Positions 48,273-59,594 of a stretch of DNA of 64,000 nucleotides are shown in pieces. Below the pieces are notes generated by a model. It saw nothing but the letters and a program-made list of their open reading frames with translations, did not search any database and was not told where the DNA came from. Source of the DNA: a virus; IMG/VR virus record IMGVR_UViG_3300008120_000139, positions 7,658 through 71,657 of that record; one strand, 5' to 3'. The position numbers and the translations under genes were made by a program. The stretch's first letter is position 1, and each line of letters opens with the position of its first letter.

Positions 48273-51165
48273 AATACAAATGGACTTCAGGGTCAAAAAT
48301 GGCCTTGTGGTTGCTACTACCGCAACTATACTTGGAACAACCAGCTCAACATCAACTACTACTGGTGCTTTGATTGTATCGGGCGGCACTGCTATCAGTG
48401 AAAACTTAAATGTTTTTGGCAATGCAACTGTAGGAACGTCGACTAAAAGTTCTTTATTAACTGTAAACAACACTGTTACCAGTGCAATCAATGTTCGGTC
48501 AAATGCAGCGTTCATAAGTCCAAATAGTGTAAACACAATAACTGTTAGAATGTTAAACAGTGATGTATTAACATTTAACGGAGCATCTGGTCAATTATTT
48601 TCCATTAGTGATAGTTTTACTGGTACTATATTTGCAGTAAATGATATTTCTGGTGTACCTAGTATAGAAGTATATGACACAGGATTAGTTAGTTTAGCAG
48701 AATTTACTGGTAATGTTGGTATAGGAACTACTTCAACAACGGCTAAATTAACAGTTAATGGTGGTGTTAGTATATCTGGTATTACTACTATAACAAATAC
48801 TTCTAATGCAATATCGACTACCACTGGTGCTTTACAAATTATAGGCGGTGCCGGTATAGGACGAGATGTTTGGATAGGTGGCTCACTTAATGTTGCAGGA
48901 GGAATTACTGCATCAGTTTCGGGTGTTATTACTACAGCTTCGACGGTTAACACAGTACTTCAAACATCTACAGCAACACACTTTTTAACATTTGTTGACT
49001 CAAATAATTCTGGTGCTACTGCTGAAAGTTTATATACAACTAGCAGTTTTGTTATTAATCCAGGTACAGGCAATGTAGGTATTGGGACAACTCCTACGAC
49101 AAGTAAATTAGAAGTTGCAGGCAACGTTAGAATAACTGGTATTACTACAGTTACTGATACAACAAATGCAACATCTACAACTACAGGTGCTTTACAAGTA
49201 GTAGGCGGCACAGGCATCGGAAGAGATCTGTGGGTCGGTGGTAATATTAATGTTGCTGGTGTGGTTACAGGAGCAATAAGTCAAGTACAAACTACTGCAC
49301 AAACAAGTACTGCTAGTTACTATTTGACATTTGTTGATACGAATAATTCTAGTGCCGCTGCTGAATCATTATTTACAACAAGTTCCTTTACTGTTATTCC
49401 AAGTTCCGGTAACGTTGGTATCGGCACAAATGATCCACAAAGAAAATTAACAGTTAGAAGTGATAGTATCGGAACTGTTACAGTAATTGCACTATATAAT
49501 GCTGATACTACAAATGGAAATGGTTCAGTTGTATCTTTTAGAGCTAATACAACAGGAACAAGTTCTGCTACATTCCACGAAGTTGCCGGGTTTCAAATAG
49601 CAACAACAGAACATAATCATCTAACAAGAAATACTAATTTTTCTATTTTTACAGATAGTTCGTCTACAGGATTAACAAGTAAAGTAACAATAACAGGCGA
49701 CGGAAAAGTTGGTATTAACACAGCTTCTCCTACAAGCACTTTGACTGTTAGTGGAACTGTGTCGATTAATAGTGATACTGTTGTTACAGGCGGCAGTTTA
49801 CAAGTTAGAAATGGTATTCCAATCTATCTATGGAATTCTGATACAACTAATTACTATTATTTAGATAATACCGGAGCATCTGGAAGTACTAACGGTAAAT
49901 TAAGATTCCTTCAAGGGAATGTTGGAACACGAGTAATATTTGATAGTGATGGCAATGTTGGTATCGGAACAAGTAGTCCAACATTTAAAGTAGACGTTGC
50001 ACTTGGCTCTGTTAATAATAATTCAACTAGCTTTGGTTACAATGTATACGCAGATGCTACAACAAATGTTGGATACGCCGGTTATAGTTTTACACTTACT
50101 AATTCGACATCTACTGCAACAGGTTTTATACGATTAGCAAGAACTGCAAGTACTGTATATCTAGGGATGGAGATACAGAGTCAAAGTAGAGATGGTATTA
50201 GATTCTTAACAGGAGCAACAACTCCAACTGAGGCTGCACGTATTAGTGCGGCTGGTATTGTTACTATTACAAGCACAACAAATGCAACATCAACAACTAC
50301 AGGTGCTTTACAAGTAACTGGTGGCGTCGGAATTGGCGGCAATTTATATGTCGGTAATAGCGCAACAATATTAAGCACAATAGCAAGTACAGGATCTGTT
50401 CAACAAAATGCATTATATGTAGCAGGCGGTGTTGGTATTGGAAGTTCTCTATATGTTACAGGTCCTGCTGTGTTCAATAATAACGTTACATTTTCAGGGA
50501 CTTCTACATATGTTTACTCAACTAACACAGTTTATACAGATAACTTAATAAATATTCACTCACCGGCAGGCAGCACAGGAACTAATCATACTTGGACAGT
50601 CAACGACGGAAAAGACATAGGTTTTATATTTCATTATTACGATACCGCAGATAGAGATGGATTCTTAGGTCTAGCAAATGATACAAAATATTTAGAATGG
50701 TATGATAGAGGCGCTGAGTCTACAACTGGTACCTTTACTGCTTCAAACTATGGTATATTTAAAACAGGTGGAATACAATTAGTTAATACCACTGCAAGTA
50801 GTTCTACTTCTACTGGTGCACTAACTGTCGCGGGCGGAGTTGGTATCGGAGGTGATCTTTATGCCAGAAATATCTATACTAATGGTTCTCAAGTAATTCC
50901 TTTTAAAATGGAAGAATTTACTGCTACAGGTAGTCAAACGACATTTACTGTAACAGGTGGTTATATAGCAGGAACTGTAATGGTATTTGCAAACGGTATT
51001 TTTTTAAATTCTGGAGACTTTACAGCAAGCAATGGAACTACTGTTGTATTAAATTCAGCACGTAATGCAGGAGATATTATTAAAATTATTGCAGGTGGAA
51101 CAAGCTCTTCGTCTAATCAACAACAATCATTCTCAATTGCAATGAGTGTTGCATTGGGTATGTAA
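48268..51165 (+). CDS. Tail fibre-like protein
   Basis: GNVGIGT and STTTGALQVxGG repeats; C-terminal EEFTAT...FSIAMSVALG module. Confidence 0.75.
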   Translation: MAIQMDFRVKNGLVVATTATILGTTSSTSTTTGALIVSGGTAISENLNVFGNATVGTSTKSSLLTVNNTVTSAINVRSNAAFISPNSVNTITVRMLNSDVLTFNGASGQLFSISDSFTGTIFAVNDISGVPSIEVYDTGLVSLAEFTGNVGIGTTSTTAKLTVNGGVSISGITTITNTSNAISTTTGALQIIGGAGIGRDVWIGGSLNVAGGITASVSGVITTASTVNTVLQTSTATHFLTFVDSNNSGATAESLYTTSSFVINPGTGNVGIGTTPTTSKLEVAGNVRITGITTVTDTTNATSTTTGALQVVGGTGIGRDLWVGGNINVAGVVTGAISQVQTTAQTSTASYYLTFVDTNNSSAAAESLFTTSSFTVIPSSGNVGIGTNDPQRKLTVRSDSIGTVTVIALYNADTTNGNGSVVSFRANTTGTSSATFHEVAGFQIATTEHNHLTRNTNFSIFTDSSSTGLTSKVTITGDGKVGINTASPTSTLTVSGTVSINSDTVVTGGSLQVRNGIPIYLWNSDTTNYYYLDNTGASGSTNGKLRFLQGNVGTRVIFDSDGNVGIGTSSPTFKVDVALGSVNNNSTSFGYNVYADATTNVGYAGYSFTLTNSTSTATGFIRLARTASTVYLGMEIQSQSRDGIRFLTGATTPTEAARISAAGIVTITSTTNATSTTTGALQVTGGVGIGGNLYVGNSATILSTIASTGSVQQNALYVAGGVGIGSSLYVTGPAVFNNNVTFSGTSTYVYSTNTVYTDNLINIHSPAGSTGTNHTWTVNDGKDIGFIFHYYDTADRDGFLGLANDTKYLEWYDRGAESTTGTFTASNYGIFKTGGIQLVNTTASSSTSTGALTVAGGVGIGGDLYARNIYTNGSQVIPFKMEEFTATGSQTTFTVTGGYIAGTVMVFANGIFLNSGDFTASNGTTVVLNSARNAGDIIKIIAGGTSSSSNQQQSFSIAMSVALGM

Positions 51166-51215
51166 CCAATAAATATTAGTAATTGAAGGCATTAAAGAAC
51201 TTTTAGGATTATCAG

Positions 51216-53150
51216 ATGAGCAGCATCGCAACTCAATTATCATTTTCGAGAGCACGTAACATTGTCGGTGGCAATCTTGGTAGTATTCCTTATCAAGATG
51301 CTACTAGCTCTACTGTTTTTATTCCAATCGGATCGAATACTTTTGTTTTAACTAGCAATGGTACAACAGCTACATGGACAAATCCTAGCACTTTATCAGT
51401 AGGCGGATCAAGTGCACAAGTTAACACAGTTCTTCGAACAACTAGTGCCGACCATTTTTTAACTTTTGTAGATAGTAATAATCCAAGTGCTACAGCAGAA
51501 TCGATCTATACAACAAGCTCTTTTGTAATTAACCCTGGTACTGGTAATCTAGGTATCGGCATCAGCCCCACTTCAAAATTGCATGTATCGGGTGATGTAA
51601 GAATAACAGGTATTACTACTGTTACTAATACAACAAATGCAACATCAACTACTACAGGTGCTTTAATTGTTTCCGGTGGAGTGGGAGTAGGTGGAAATTT
51701 ATATGTCAATGGTCCTGGTACTATTGCAAGTCCTGCAACTATATCTGTCTCGTCGGATTCAACAAGTACAGGCGGTGACGCACAAATTTTAATAAGTCAA
51801 AATCCATCTAGTAATGATTTAAAAATTTTAGTTGCAGGAGTTGATACTAGAACAGACGGATTAATTGCAAACGATCAATATATCATTGCAGGACAAAGAT
51901 TAAATTTAAACAGTAAGGGCAACGGAACTCTTACAAATACAGCAATTCTTTTAGGTGGAAGCGGTATAAGTCCCTATAGCGATATAATATTTTATACAGC
52001 AGTACAAAATGCTAGTGGAACCGAAAGAGTAAGAATAGATTATTTAGGAAATGTTGGTATTAACATAAATCAACCAACATCTACATTACACGTTGCTGGC
52101 ACAACAAGAATAACAGGTATAACAACAATTACTAATGCTACTGCTGCTAGCTCAACAAGCACAGGTGCATTACAAGTAACAGGCGGAGTAGGCATCGGTG
52201 GAGCATTATGGGTAGAAGATTCTATCTATGTTAAAGGTGGAAATATTGAGATAAGAGATGAAACTACTTCTAGTATCGTTCTTGCAAGGCTCAATCAACA
52301 AGCGTCTACAGCAGTTTTTGAACTTGGTAGATTTGATGGAATAGCATCTTCTCCAGCAATTGACTTTCATTCTAGCGGTGGTAACATTGATTTTGATGCT
52401 CGAATTATTTCAGTAGGCGGTAGTACATCAACAACAGGTCAAGCAAGGCTAGATTTACAAGCAAATCAAGTTTATTTAAATAGTACTCAATCAGCAACAT
52501 CAACAACAACAGGAGCGTTAGTTGTTGTTGGTGGAGTTGGTGTAGGTGGAAACATTCATTTAGGTGGCGATTTACAAGTTCAAAATGCTTCCTATATTAG
52601 AGGTAGGACCACTAGCGGCAATTCTACACGCATGATGGGAATTAATGCCGTTGACACATTCTACGTAGGCAGTGTTGATACACCAATTTCCGGTGGAATA
52701 ATTTTAACTGTAGGTAACAATAGAAACGCACTTACAATTAGCAGCAATGATATTGTTGCAGTAACTACAAATACAAATGCAACTTCTACGACAACAGGTG
52801 CATTGGTTGTAACAGGTGGTGCCGGTATCGGCAGAGAATTATATGTAGGCGGAGATATTTACAGTAGAGGATCTCTTGTTCTTCCTCAACGTATACAAGA
52901 ATTTATAGCAACAGCAAGTCAAACAACCTTTACAGTTACTGGTGGGTATACTGTTGGTTCAGTTCAAGTATTTGCAAACGGTATTCAATTAGGTAGTGGA
53001 GCATTTGTAGCTTCGAATGGCACTACAGTGGTGTTAAACAGTGCTCGTGATACTGGAGATATTATTAGAGTAATATCCGGTGGAACAAGTAGTGCAGTTA
53101 ATAATATTCAATCATTTTCATTAGCTATGTCAGTAGCATTTGGTGTGTAA
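51216..53150 (+). CDS. Tail fibre-like protein
   Basis: Same repeat vocabulary; IDFHSSG..DFDARI module; C-terminus paralogous to the previous gene. Confidence 0.75.
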   Translation: MSSIATQLSFSRARNIVGGNLGSIPYQDATSSTVFIPIGSNTFVLTSNGTTATWTNPSTLSVGGSSAQVNTVLRTTSADHFLTFVDSNNPSATAESIYTTSSFVINPGTGNLGIGISPTSKLHVSGDVRITGITTVTNTTNATSTTTGALIVSGGVGVGGNLYVNGPGTIASPATISVSSDSTSTGGDAQILISQNPSSNDLKILVAGVDTRTDGLIANDQYIIAGQRLNLNSKGNGTLTNTAILLGGSGISPYSDIIFYTAVQNASGTERVRIDYLGNVGININQPTSTLHVAGTTRITGITTITNATAASSTSTGALQVTGGVGIGGALWVEDSIYVKGGNIEIRDETTSSIVLARLNQQASTAVFELGRFDGIASSPAIDFHSSGGNIDFDARIISVGGSTSTTGQARLDLQANQVYLNSTQSATSTTTGALVVVGGVGVGGNIHLGGDLQVQNASYIRGRTTSGNSTRMMGINAVDTFYVGSVDTPISGGIILTVGNNRNALTISSNDIVAVTTNTNATSTTTGALVVTGGAGIGRELYVGGDIYSRGSLVLPQRIQEFIATASQTTFTVTGGYTVGSVQVFANGIQLGSGAFVASNGTTVVLNSARDTGDIIRVISGGTSSAVNNIQSFSLAMSVAFGV

Positions 53151-53186
53151 TATACTATCTATAAATAATACAAAGGAAATTTAAAA

Positions 53187-56090
53187 ATGGCAAAAAATTT
53201 AATTAGACAGTACGTGTTTAGTCCAGGAGCAGCTGGCGTTGGATTCGTAAGAATCCCCGGCCGCTTTACACACGAACAAATAATGTTGATAACAAACACT
53301 ACTAGAAATCAAATTATTTACAACTTTGCAGATGCTGCTCATAGCGGAACTACTGTAGTTTTTACATCAGGTAATGATGCAACTAATTTTCCTACATTAG
53401 CACAAAGAGCTGATGGGTATACTACTATAACTTTGGCCGCTAGTACAGTAGGACAAAATGCTAACGATAGACTTCAAATATTAGTTGAAGAATCAGAAAA
53501 TGGAATGCGTATTCGACCTTGGGCATTTGGTACTGATGCTATTGAACGTATGCGTGTAAGTAACCCTCGTTCAATGATCGACGCTGACTTTGAATACGGG
53601 CTACAGCCTACAAAATGGGCAGGATACGGACTATTACGTGGATACCCGTCTGTATATGAATTTCCAGGTGTTGACTTAACAGTAAGTACAATAACTACAG
53701 ATTTTACTACAACAAGTGCTAGTAATAGTTTAATAACTATCACTACATCTGCCGCACACGGAATTACTGCTGGACAAGCTATTAACATCACAAGTTTAAA
53801 TCCGGCAATCTCCGGATTTAGTCGAGCAGACGGTAGTTTTATTGTATTTGACGTACCAAGTGGAACACAAATTAGATATTTTGCAAATGGAGTTGTAGGA
53901 ACTGCTTCCGGGCAGAGCTTATTAACAGATGCTACAACTTTAAAAAGAGGTAATATATATACAGGTGCTGCATTAGCATCTACTACTGCATCCGGTAACG
54001 GTGCTAACCCTACTATTGTAACTGTAAACTTTTCAAGTACTCACGGATTACTTCCAGGAACACCGATTTATGTAAGTATGGCCGGTGGTACAAACCCTAC
54101 TAACGCAACAGGACAATTCTTTGTTAATACAGTTCCTAGTTTAACTAGTATTACATTTACAGCAAGAACTGGAGCAATAGTTACTCCGGGAACTCCTACA
54201 GTATATGCGTTATCAAACAGCTCAGTTACACATAGACCCTTTGACGGCGGCGTTATTTTGTCGTGTAAAACACCAGCTTTTGGAGCATCGACTGTTCGAG
54301 TAAGCAAACGTTACTTCCGATATCAATCAGGTAAGGGATTATTGTGGTCAACTGGAACAATGTTTAAACCTAGTTATGATGTCCAAACTATAACTGCTTC
54401 TGGTACCACAGTTGGATCTACTGTTACTGTTAAAACAGACGACATTGACCACGGATTACAAATCGGTGCTCAAGTAACTTTATCCGGTGTTACTACATCT
54501 GGATACAACGGAACATATACTGTTAATGGAATTACAGACGATTATACGTTTACATTTTTAGCAACATCTGTATTAGGAGCAACAACAGCTATTTTAGATT
54601 TAAGATGTCAAGTTTCAGTAGCAAGCTGGCATGGCGCAGTTGTTCGTGCAGGTTGCTTTGATGATCAAAACGGTATGTTTTGGGAATTTGACGGGACTAG
54701 ATTAAATATTGTTCGCCGAAACGCTACACAACAAATTACAGGAACGATTAGTATAAACAGCAATTCTAACGCTGTTACTGGTACAAATACTAGATTTACT
54801 ACTCAGGTAAGAGTAGGAGATAAAGTTGTTATACGAGGAATGACTCATTATGTAACACAAGTATCTAGTAACACCGCAATGACTGTAGCACCAGATTATC
54901 GTGGAACTACCAATGCTTCCGGAGTTAAGGCTAGTTTAGTTCAAGAAACTAGAATTACACAAAGTAATTTTAATATTGACAAACTAGATGGCACTGGTCC
55001 TAGTGGATTTGTAATTGATACTGCTAGAATGCACATGGTAGGTATTCAATATACTTGGTACGGTGCAGGATTTATTGACTTTATGGTCAGAGGCGGCGAC
55101 GGTAATTGGATTTACGCACATCGTATTAAAAACAATAACGTAAACACAGAAGCACATATGAGATCCGGTAATTTACCAGTTCGTTATAGTATCGATAACG
55201 ACGGTAGCCCAGCTCTGGCGTTTTTAACTGCCGACCCTGGTGCAGGTGGAACGACACTTAATGTTAGTGATACAACATATTTTCCAACAGCGGGTACGTT
55301 GTATATAGATAATGAACTTATTAGTTACACTGGAAAAACCGCAACAACATTTACAGGATGTACACGAGCAGCTACGTTAACACAGTATACTGGTGGTAGT
55401 TCACGAAGTTTTACTGCCGGCACAGCAGCAGCCCATGCTATTAATACTGGCATAATTCTTATATCTAACACTTGCAGTCCAACACTTAGCCACTGGGGAA
55501 GTGCACTTATAGCCGACGGTGGATTTGATGAGGATCGCGGATATATTTTTAATTATCAACGAACTGGGTTATCAGTTAGTACTACTGCTGTAACAGCGTT
55601 CTTAATTAGACTTGCTCCTAGTGTTAGTAACAGTGCTGTGGGAGATTTAGGTAGTAAAGATTTGCTAAATCGAAGTCAATTACTGCTAAATGCTGTAGGT
55701 ATACAAGCTTATGGTAATCCAGCAAGTGCTACTCAAGGATCTATTATTGTTGAAGGTGTTCTAAATCCTAAAAACTTTTCCAATGCAACTTGGAGCACAT
55801 TAAACTTAGAAAGTCAAGGCGGACAACCGAGTTTAGCACAGGTAGCAACATCAGTAACATGGTCAAGTGGCACATCGGCTACACCAGGAGAAACAGTTTT
55901 TGCGTTTGCAGTAACTCCAAATAGTGATGGCAGATTAGAACTAACAGAACTGAAAGAACTAACAAATAGTCCGTTCGGTGGAGTCGGTGCGTATCCAAAC
56001 GGGCCTGATGTGTTAGCAATAAATCTTCGTTGTGTTCTTGGTACGCAGGTAGCATCTGTGTTATTAAGATGGGGCGAAGCACAGGCGTAA
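53187..56090 (+). CDS. Large virion structural protein
   Basis: RMRVSNPRSMIDADFEYGLQPTKW, KRYFRYQSGKG, YTWYGAG; TATAAATA at 53160-67 and AAGGA SD. Confidence 0.7.
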   Translation: MAKNLIRQYVFSPGAAGVGFVRIPGRFTHEQIMLITNTTRNQIIYNFADAAHSGTTVVFTSGNDATNFPTLAQRADGYTTITLAASTVGQNANDRLQILVEESENGMRIRPWAFGTDAIERMRVSNPRSMIDADFEYGLQPTKWAGYGLLRGYPSVYEFPGVDLTVSTITTDFTTTSASNSLITITTSAAHGITAGQAINITSLNPAISGFSRADGSFIVFDVPSGTQIRYFANGVVGTASGQSLLTDATTLKRGNIYTGAALASTTASGNGANPTIVTVNFSSTHGLLPGTPIYVSMAGGTNPTNATGQFFVNTVPSLTSITFTARTGAIVTPGTPTVYALSNSSVTHRPFDGGVILSCKTPAFGASTVRVSKRYFRYQSGKGLLWSTGTMFKPSYDVQTITASGTTVGSTVTVKTDDIDHGLQIGAQVTLSGVTTSGYNGTYTVNGITDDYTFTFLATSVLGATTAILDLRCQVSVASWHGAVVRAGCFDDQNGMFWEFDGTRLNIVRRNATQQITGTISINSNSNAVTGTNTRFTTQVRVGDKVVIRGMTHYVTQVSSNTAMTVAPDYRGTTNASGVKASLVQETRITQSNFNIDKLDGTGPSGFVIDTARMHMVGIQYTWYGAGFIDFMVRGGDGNWIYAHRIKNNNVNTEAHMRSGNLPVRYSIDNDGSPALAFLTADPGAGGTTLNVSDTTYFPTAGTLYIDNELISYTGKTATTFTGCTRAATLTQYTGGSSRSFTAGTAAAHAINTGIILISNTCSPTLSHWGSALIADGGFDEDRGYIFNYQRTGLSVSTTAVTAFLIRLAPSVSNSAVGDLGSKDLLNRSQLLLNAVGIQAYGNPASATQGSIIVEGVLNPKNFSNATWSTLNLESQGGQPSLAQVATSVTWSSGTSATPGETVFAFAVTPNSDGRLELTELKELTNSPFGGVGAYPNGPDVLAINLRCVLGTQVASVLLRWGEAQA

Positions 56091-56115
56091 TATTATTATA
56101 ATTTAGGAAATATGA

Positions 56116-57210
56116 ATGAGTACTGTAGACGTTCAATTATCTTTTTCGCGAGCAAGGAATATTGTAGGCGGAGTCATCGGAAGTCTCCCTTATCAAAATG
56201 CTACTAGTGCTACATTATTCATTCCTATTGGGGCAAATAGTACCGTTTTACAATCAAACGGTACTACAGCAACTTGGGCAACATTAGGTAGTTTAACTGC
56301 CGGTGCAGCAAGTCAAGTTAATACAATACAAAGAACAACGAATGCAAGCCATTATCTAACTTTTGTCGATAGTGATAATGCCACTGCTACTGCGGAATCA
56401 ATTTATACAACAAGTTCATTTGTTATAAATCCAAGTACCGGAAACTTAGGTGTTGGAACAACTAGTCCTACAACAAAACTAGATGTCAAACAAAGTGGGG
56501 CAAACTGGTATGACGGTGTAAAGGTAGTCCGCTCTACTAATGACAACCAACGACTTGTATTGGGAAATACCAATGGTGCTAGTTGGATTGCTAGTATAGA
56601 TGCTGCCGCAGGAAATAATAATCAGTTAATTTTTGGCCGCTCAACTGACGGTACAACTTTTACCGAATCGGGGCGTTTTGACTCCTCTGGCAACCTCGGA
56701 CTCGGTACAACAACACCTTTATCAGTTTTACATGTAGTCGGTACAACACGAATAACAGGTATTACTACAGTTACTAATACAACTAACGCTATTAGTACTG
56801 TAACAGGTGCCCTACAAGTAGTAGGCGGTGTTGGAATAGGACAAGATGTTTGGATTGGTGGCGGTATATATGCTACTACAAAGAGCTTCGTAATTGAACA
56901 TCCAACAAAACCCGGAATGAAATTACGTTATGGTAGCTTAGAAGGACCAGAAAACGGTGTATATGTACGTGGTAGATTAAATGGATCTAATATAATAGAG
57001 CTACCTGACTATTGGATAAAATTAATAGATTTGGATAGTATCACAATTAATTTAACTCCTATAGGAAATCATCAAAATTTATATGTAAAAGATATTATTG
57101 ATAATACTGTTATTATAGGTAATAGTAATTTATTGAATAAGGAAATAAATTGTTTCTACACAATATTCGCAGAACGTAGAGATGTTGGTAAACTCGAAGT
57201 GGAGTTTTAA
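56116..57210 (+). CDS. Tail fibre-like protein with KSFVIEHP...EGPENGVYVRG C-terminal domain
   Basis: N-terminus paralogous to the 51216 gene; C-terminal domain of a type commonly seen at phage fibre ends. Confidence 0.7.
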   Translation: MSTVDVQLSFSRARNIVGGVIGSLPYQNATSATLFIPIGANSTVLQSNGTTATWATLGSLTAGAASQVNTIQRTTNASHYLTFVDSDNATATAESIYTTSSFVINPSTGNLGVGTTSPTTKLDVKQSGANWYDGVKVVRSTNDNQRLVLGNTNGASWIASIDAAAGNNNQLIFGRSTDGTTFTESGRFDSSGNLGLGTTTPLSVLHVVGTTRITGITTVTNTTNAISTVTGALQVVGGVGIGQDVWIGGGIYATTKSFVIEHPTKPGMKLRYGSLEGPENGVYVRGRLNGSNIIELPDYWIKLIDLDSITINLTPIGNHQNLYVKDIIDNTVIIGNSNLLNKEINCFYTIFAERRDVGKLEVEF

Positions 57211-57212
57211 CT

Positions 57213-57932
57213 ATGGCGTTAACGCATAGTCCGAGCATTGTTAAAAATGGATTAGTGTTACATCTAGATGCAGCTAATACAAAAAGTTATCCTGGTAGTG
57301 GTACTACTTGGACTGATTTAAGTGTTAATGGAAATAACGGCACGTTGATTAACTCACCTACTTATACTTCAGGTACATCTGGTTATTTTAGATTTGCACA
57401 TGCATCGACTCAATATATAAATTTTGCTAGTGCATCAAGTTTGCAATTTTTAAATAGAAGTGCATATACTTTAGAAGCATGGGTATATCCTACAAGGAAT
57501 CCCGGAATTAATAATTGGACGGGAATCTTTGACAGAGAAGATACAAGTATAGGAAGTCGAGACGGGTTTAATTTATTTTTTTTAGGAAGTGCTTCAACAC
57601 TTACATATTTTACTACAGAAAGATTTGTTGCAGGAAGCGGTGTTTCTGTTAGTAATACTGTTGATTCTAGTGTGTCAGTAAATGCATGGCATCATATAGT
57701 GGCCACATACGATGGAACAACATTATTATTATATCGTAATGGAGTATCAGTTGGTACTCCAATAACAAGTACAGGAAATATTACTAATACATCTAAAACA
57801 ATGACTTTAGCAATTCGAGGCGGACAACCCTTCGACGGCAGAATAGCAAACACAAAAATTTATAGTCGAGCTTTAACTTTTCAAGAAATTTTACAAAATT
57901 TTGAAGCACATAGAGATCGTTACGGGATATAA
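57213..57932 (+). CDS. LamG/concanavalin A-like lectin domain protein (paralogue 1)
   Basis: GLVLHLDAAN..SYPGSGTTWTDLS, WHHIVATYDG..LYRNG, EILQNFEAHRDRYGI. Confidence 0.8.
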   Translation: MALTHSPSIVKNGLVLHLDAANTKSYPGSGTTWTDLSVNGNNGTLINSPTYTSGTSGYFRFAHASTQYINFASASSLQFLNRSAYTLEAWVYPTRNPGINNWTGIFDREDTSIGSRDGFNLFFLGSASTLTYFTTERFVAGSGVSVSNTVDSSVSVNAWHHIVATYDGTTLLLYRNGVSVGTPITSTGNITNTSKTMTLAIRGGQPFDGRIANTKIYSRALTFQEILQNFEAHRDRYGI

Positions 57933-57934
57933 TC

Positions 57935-58636
57935 ATGGGAATTACGTATAATACCAGTATTGTTAGAAATGGATTAGTTTTGCATCTAGACGCAGCTAAT
58001 CGTAAAAGTTATCCTGGAACAGGGACTACATGGACTGATTTAAGTGGTCTTAATAATAATGGAACATTAACTAACGGTGTGTCATATCAATCTGTAAATC
58101 AAGGAGCATTTAATTTTGATGGCATTGATGATTTTGTAACTCTAGGAGCACCAGCTGGATACCTTGCTAATATAGGAACTGTTATTTTTTGGATGAACCC
58201 TACTAATTCAACATCAAACACTGTGTTTATGCAATATGCAAACGATTCAAACAGAATGAGATTAACACATGACACTAGTAGAATAGTAGCATTTAGCGGA
58301 TTTAGTTCTACTGATTTAAGTTTTACTAGTGCTACAAATTCAGTTCCAGTAAATAGGTGGACACACGTTTCTTATACATACAATTTTTCTGCTAATTCTT
58401 TTGCTTTATATATAAATGGAATATTATCAAGCAGTGTTATTGATACTGATGTTCCTGATATAGGTGCAATTGGAGAAATAACATTAGGATGTGCAAAAGA
58501 TTTTGACAATCCTTCTCCTTACTACGCTGGATTTTATATAGGGAGACTTGCAAATTTTCTTTGTTACAACAGAGTTTTAACAGATGTTGAAATTAATCAA
58601 AATTTTGAAGCATATAGAAACCGTTACGGGATATAA
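57935..58636 (+). CDS. LamG/concanavalin A-like lectin domain protein (paralogue 2)
   Basis: Same termini; FNFDGIDD, WTHVSYTY..LYING. Confidence 0.8.
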   Translation: MGITYNTSIVRNGLVLHLDAANRKSYPGTGTTWTDLSGLNNNGTLTNGVSYQSVNQGAFNFDGIDDFVTLGAPAGYLANIGTVIFWMNPTNSTSNTVFMQYANDSNRMRLTHDTSRIVAFSGFSSTDLSFTSATNSVPVNRWTHVSYTYNFSANSFALYINGILSSSVIDTDVPDIGAIGEITLGCAKDFDNPSPYYAGFYIGRLANFLCYNRVLTDVEINQNFEAYRNRYGI

Positions 58637-58638
58637 TC

Positions 58639-59370
58639 ATGGCAGTATTTGCAGGACCAGAAATAGCTAATTCAGGATTGATACTGCATTTAGATGCAGC
58701 TAATCGTAAAAGCTACCCCGGTACCGGCACCACCTGGACTGATTTAAGTGGAAACAGTAACCATTCTACTATTAATACTGGAAATTATAACCTCGGAGGG
58801 TATTTTGAAAGCACGGGAGATAACCCTTCAGTACTAAGAGTAACTACACCAGATTCGACTACTTTATCAAATACTTTTAAAGTAACAACAGGCGGGTGGA
58901 CTATTGAAGAAATTGTATTGATAGATGATACTACATATCCAGAATCAACAGCAGGAGCAACATTTGGAACAACACCGTATAATATTGGAGCAATAGGGTT
59001 TGATTGGGCACACGGTACTGCAACTGCATCAAATTTAAATTTAACAGTAAATGATGGGACTACTTTAGTAAGACAAGATATCGCACTGAATACAGTACAA
59101 AGTCAATATGATAAATGGCTACATAGGACTTTTGTTTTTGACCGAACACTTGGACAAGTTAGAGTATACTACGACGGAATTTATCAAAATATGTTAAATA
59201 TTTCTTCAGTAACAGGTATTATTTATAATAATGTAGGTATAGGATGGGGACAGTTGTACGGATGGCAACATGATGGTTTTAGGGCCGGTATGAAAATTTA
59301 TAATAGAGTGTTAACTGCTCAAGAAATATCTCAAAATTACGAAGCATATAGAGATCGTTACGGAATTTAA
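58639..59370 (+). CDS. LamG/concanavalin A-like lectin domain protein (paralogue 3)
   Basis: Same termini; WLHRTFVFD..VYYDG. Confidence 0.75.
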   Translation: MAVFAGPEIANSGLILHLDAANRKSYPGTGTTWTDLSGNSNHSTINTGNYNLGGYFESTGDNPSVLRVTTPDSTTLSNTFKVTTGGWTIEEIVLIDDTTYPESTAGATFGTTPYNIGAIGFDWAHGTATASNLNLTVNDGTTLVRQDIALNTVQSQYDKWLHRTFVFDRTLGQVRVYYDGIYQNMLNISSVTGIIYNNVGIGWGQLYGWQHDGFRAGMKIYNRVLTAQEISQNYEAYRDRYGI

Positions 59371-59393
59371 TTAAATATTAACAGGAATAAAAT

Positions 59394-59594
59394 ATGAATG
59401 TAATTCAAATTATTTTAGATAATAATGCTGTTATGTGTTCAACTGATGAAAAAAATTATAGGCAATCAGTGTGTAATACTTGTGAAAAAAACAACAATGA
59501 CTTCTGTATAGAATGTGGTTGTGTATTAGAAGTAAGAACAGCATATAAAGAATTAACTTGTCCTTTGGATAAATGGAATGGCAACACATTATAA
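59394..59594 (+). CDS. Small Cys-rich putative metal-binding protein
   Basis: R..VCNTC...CIECGC...CPLDKW; TAAATA and AGGA upstream. Confidence 0.65.
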   Translation: MNVIQIILDNNAVMCSTDEKNYRQSVCNTCEKNNNDFCIECGCVLEVRTAYKELTCPLDKWNGNTL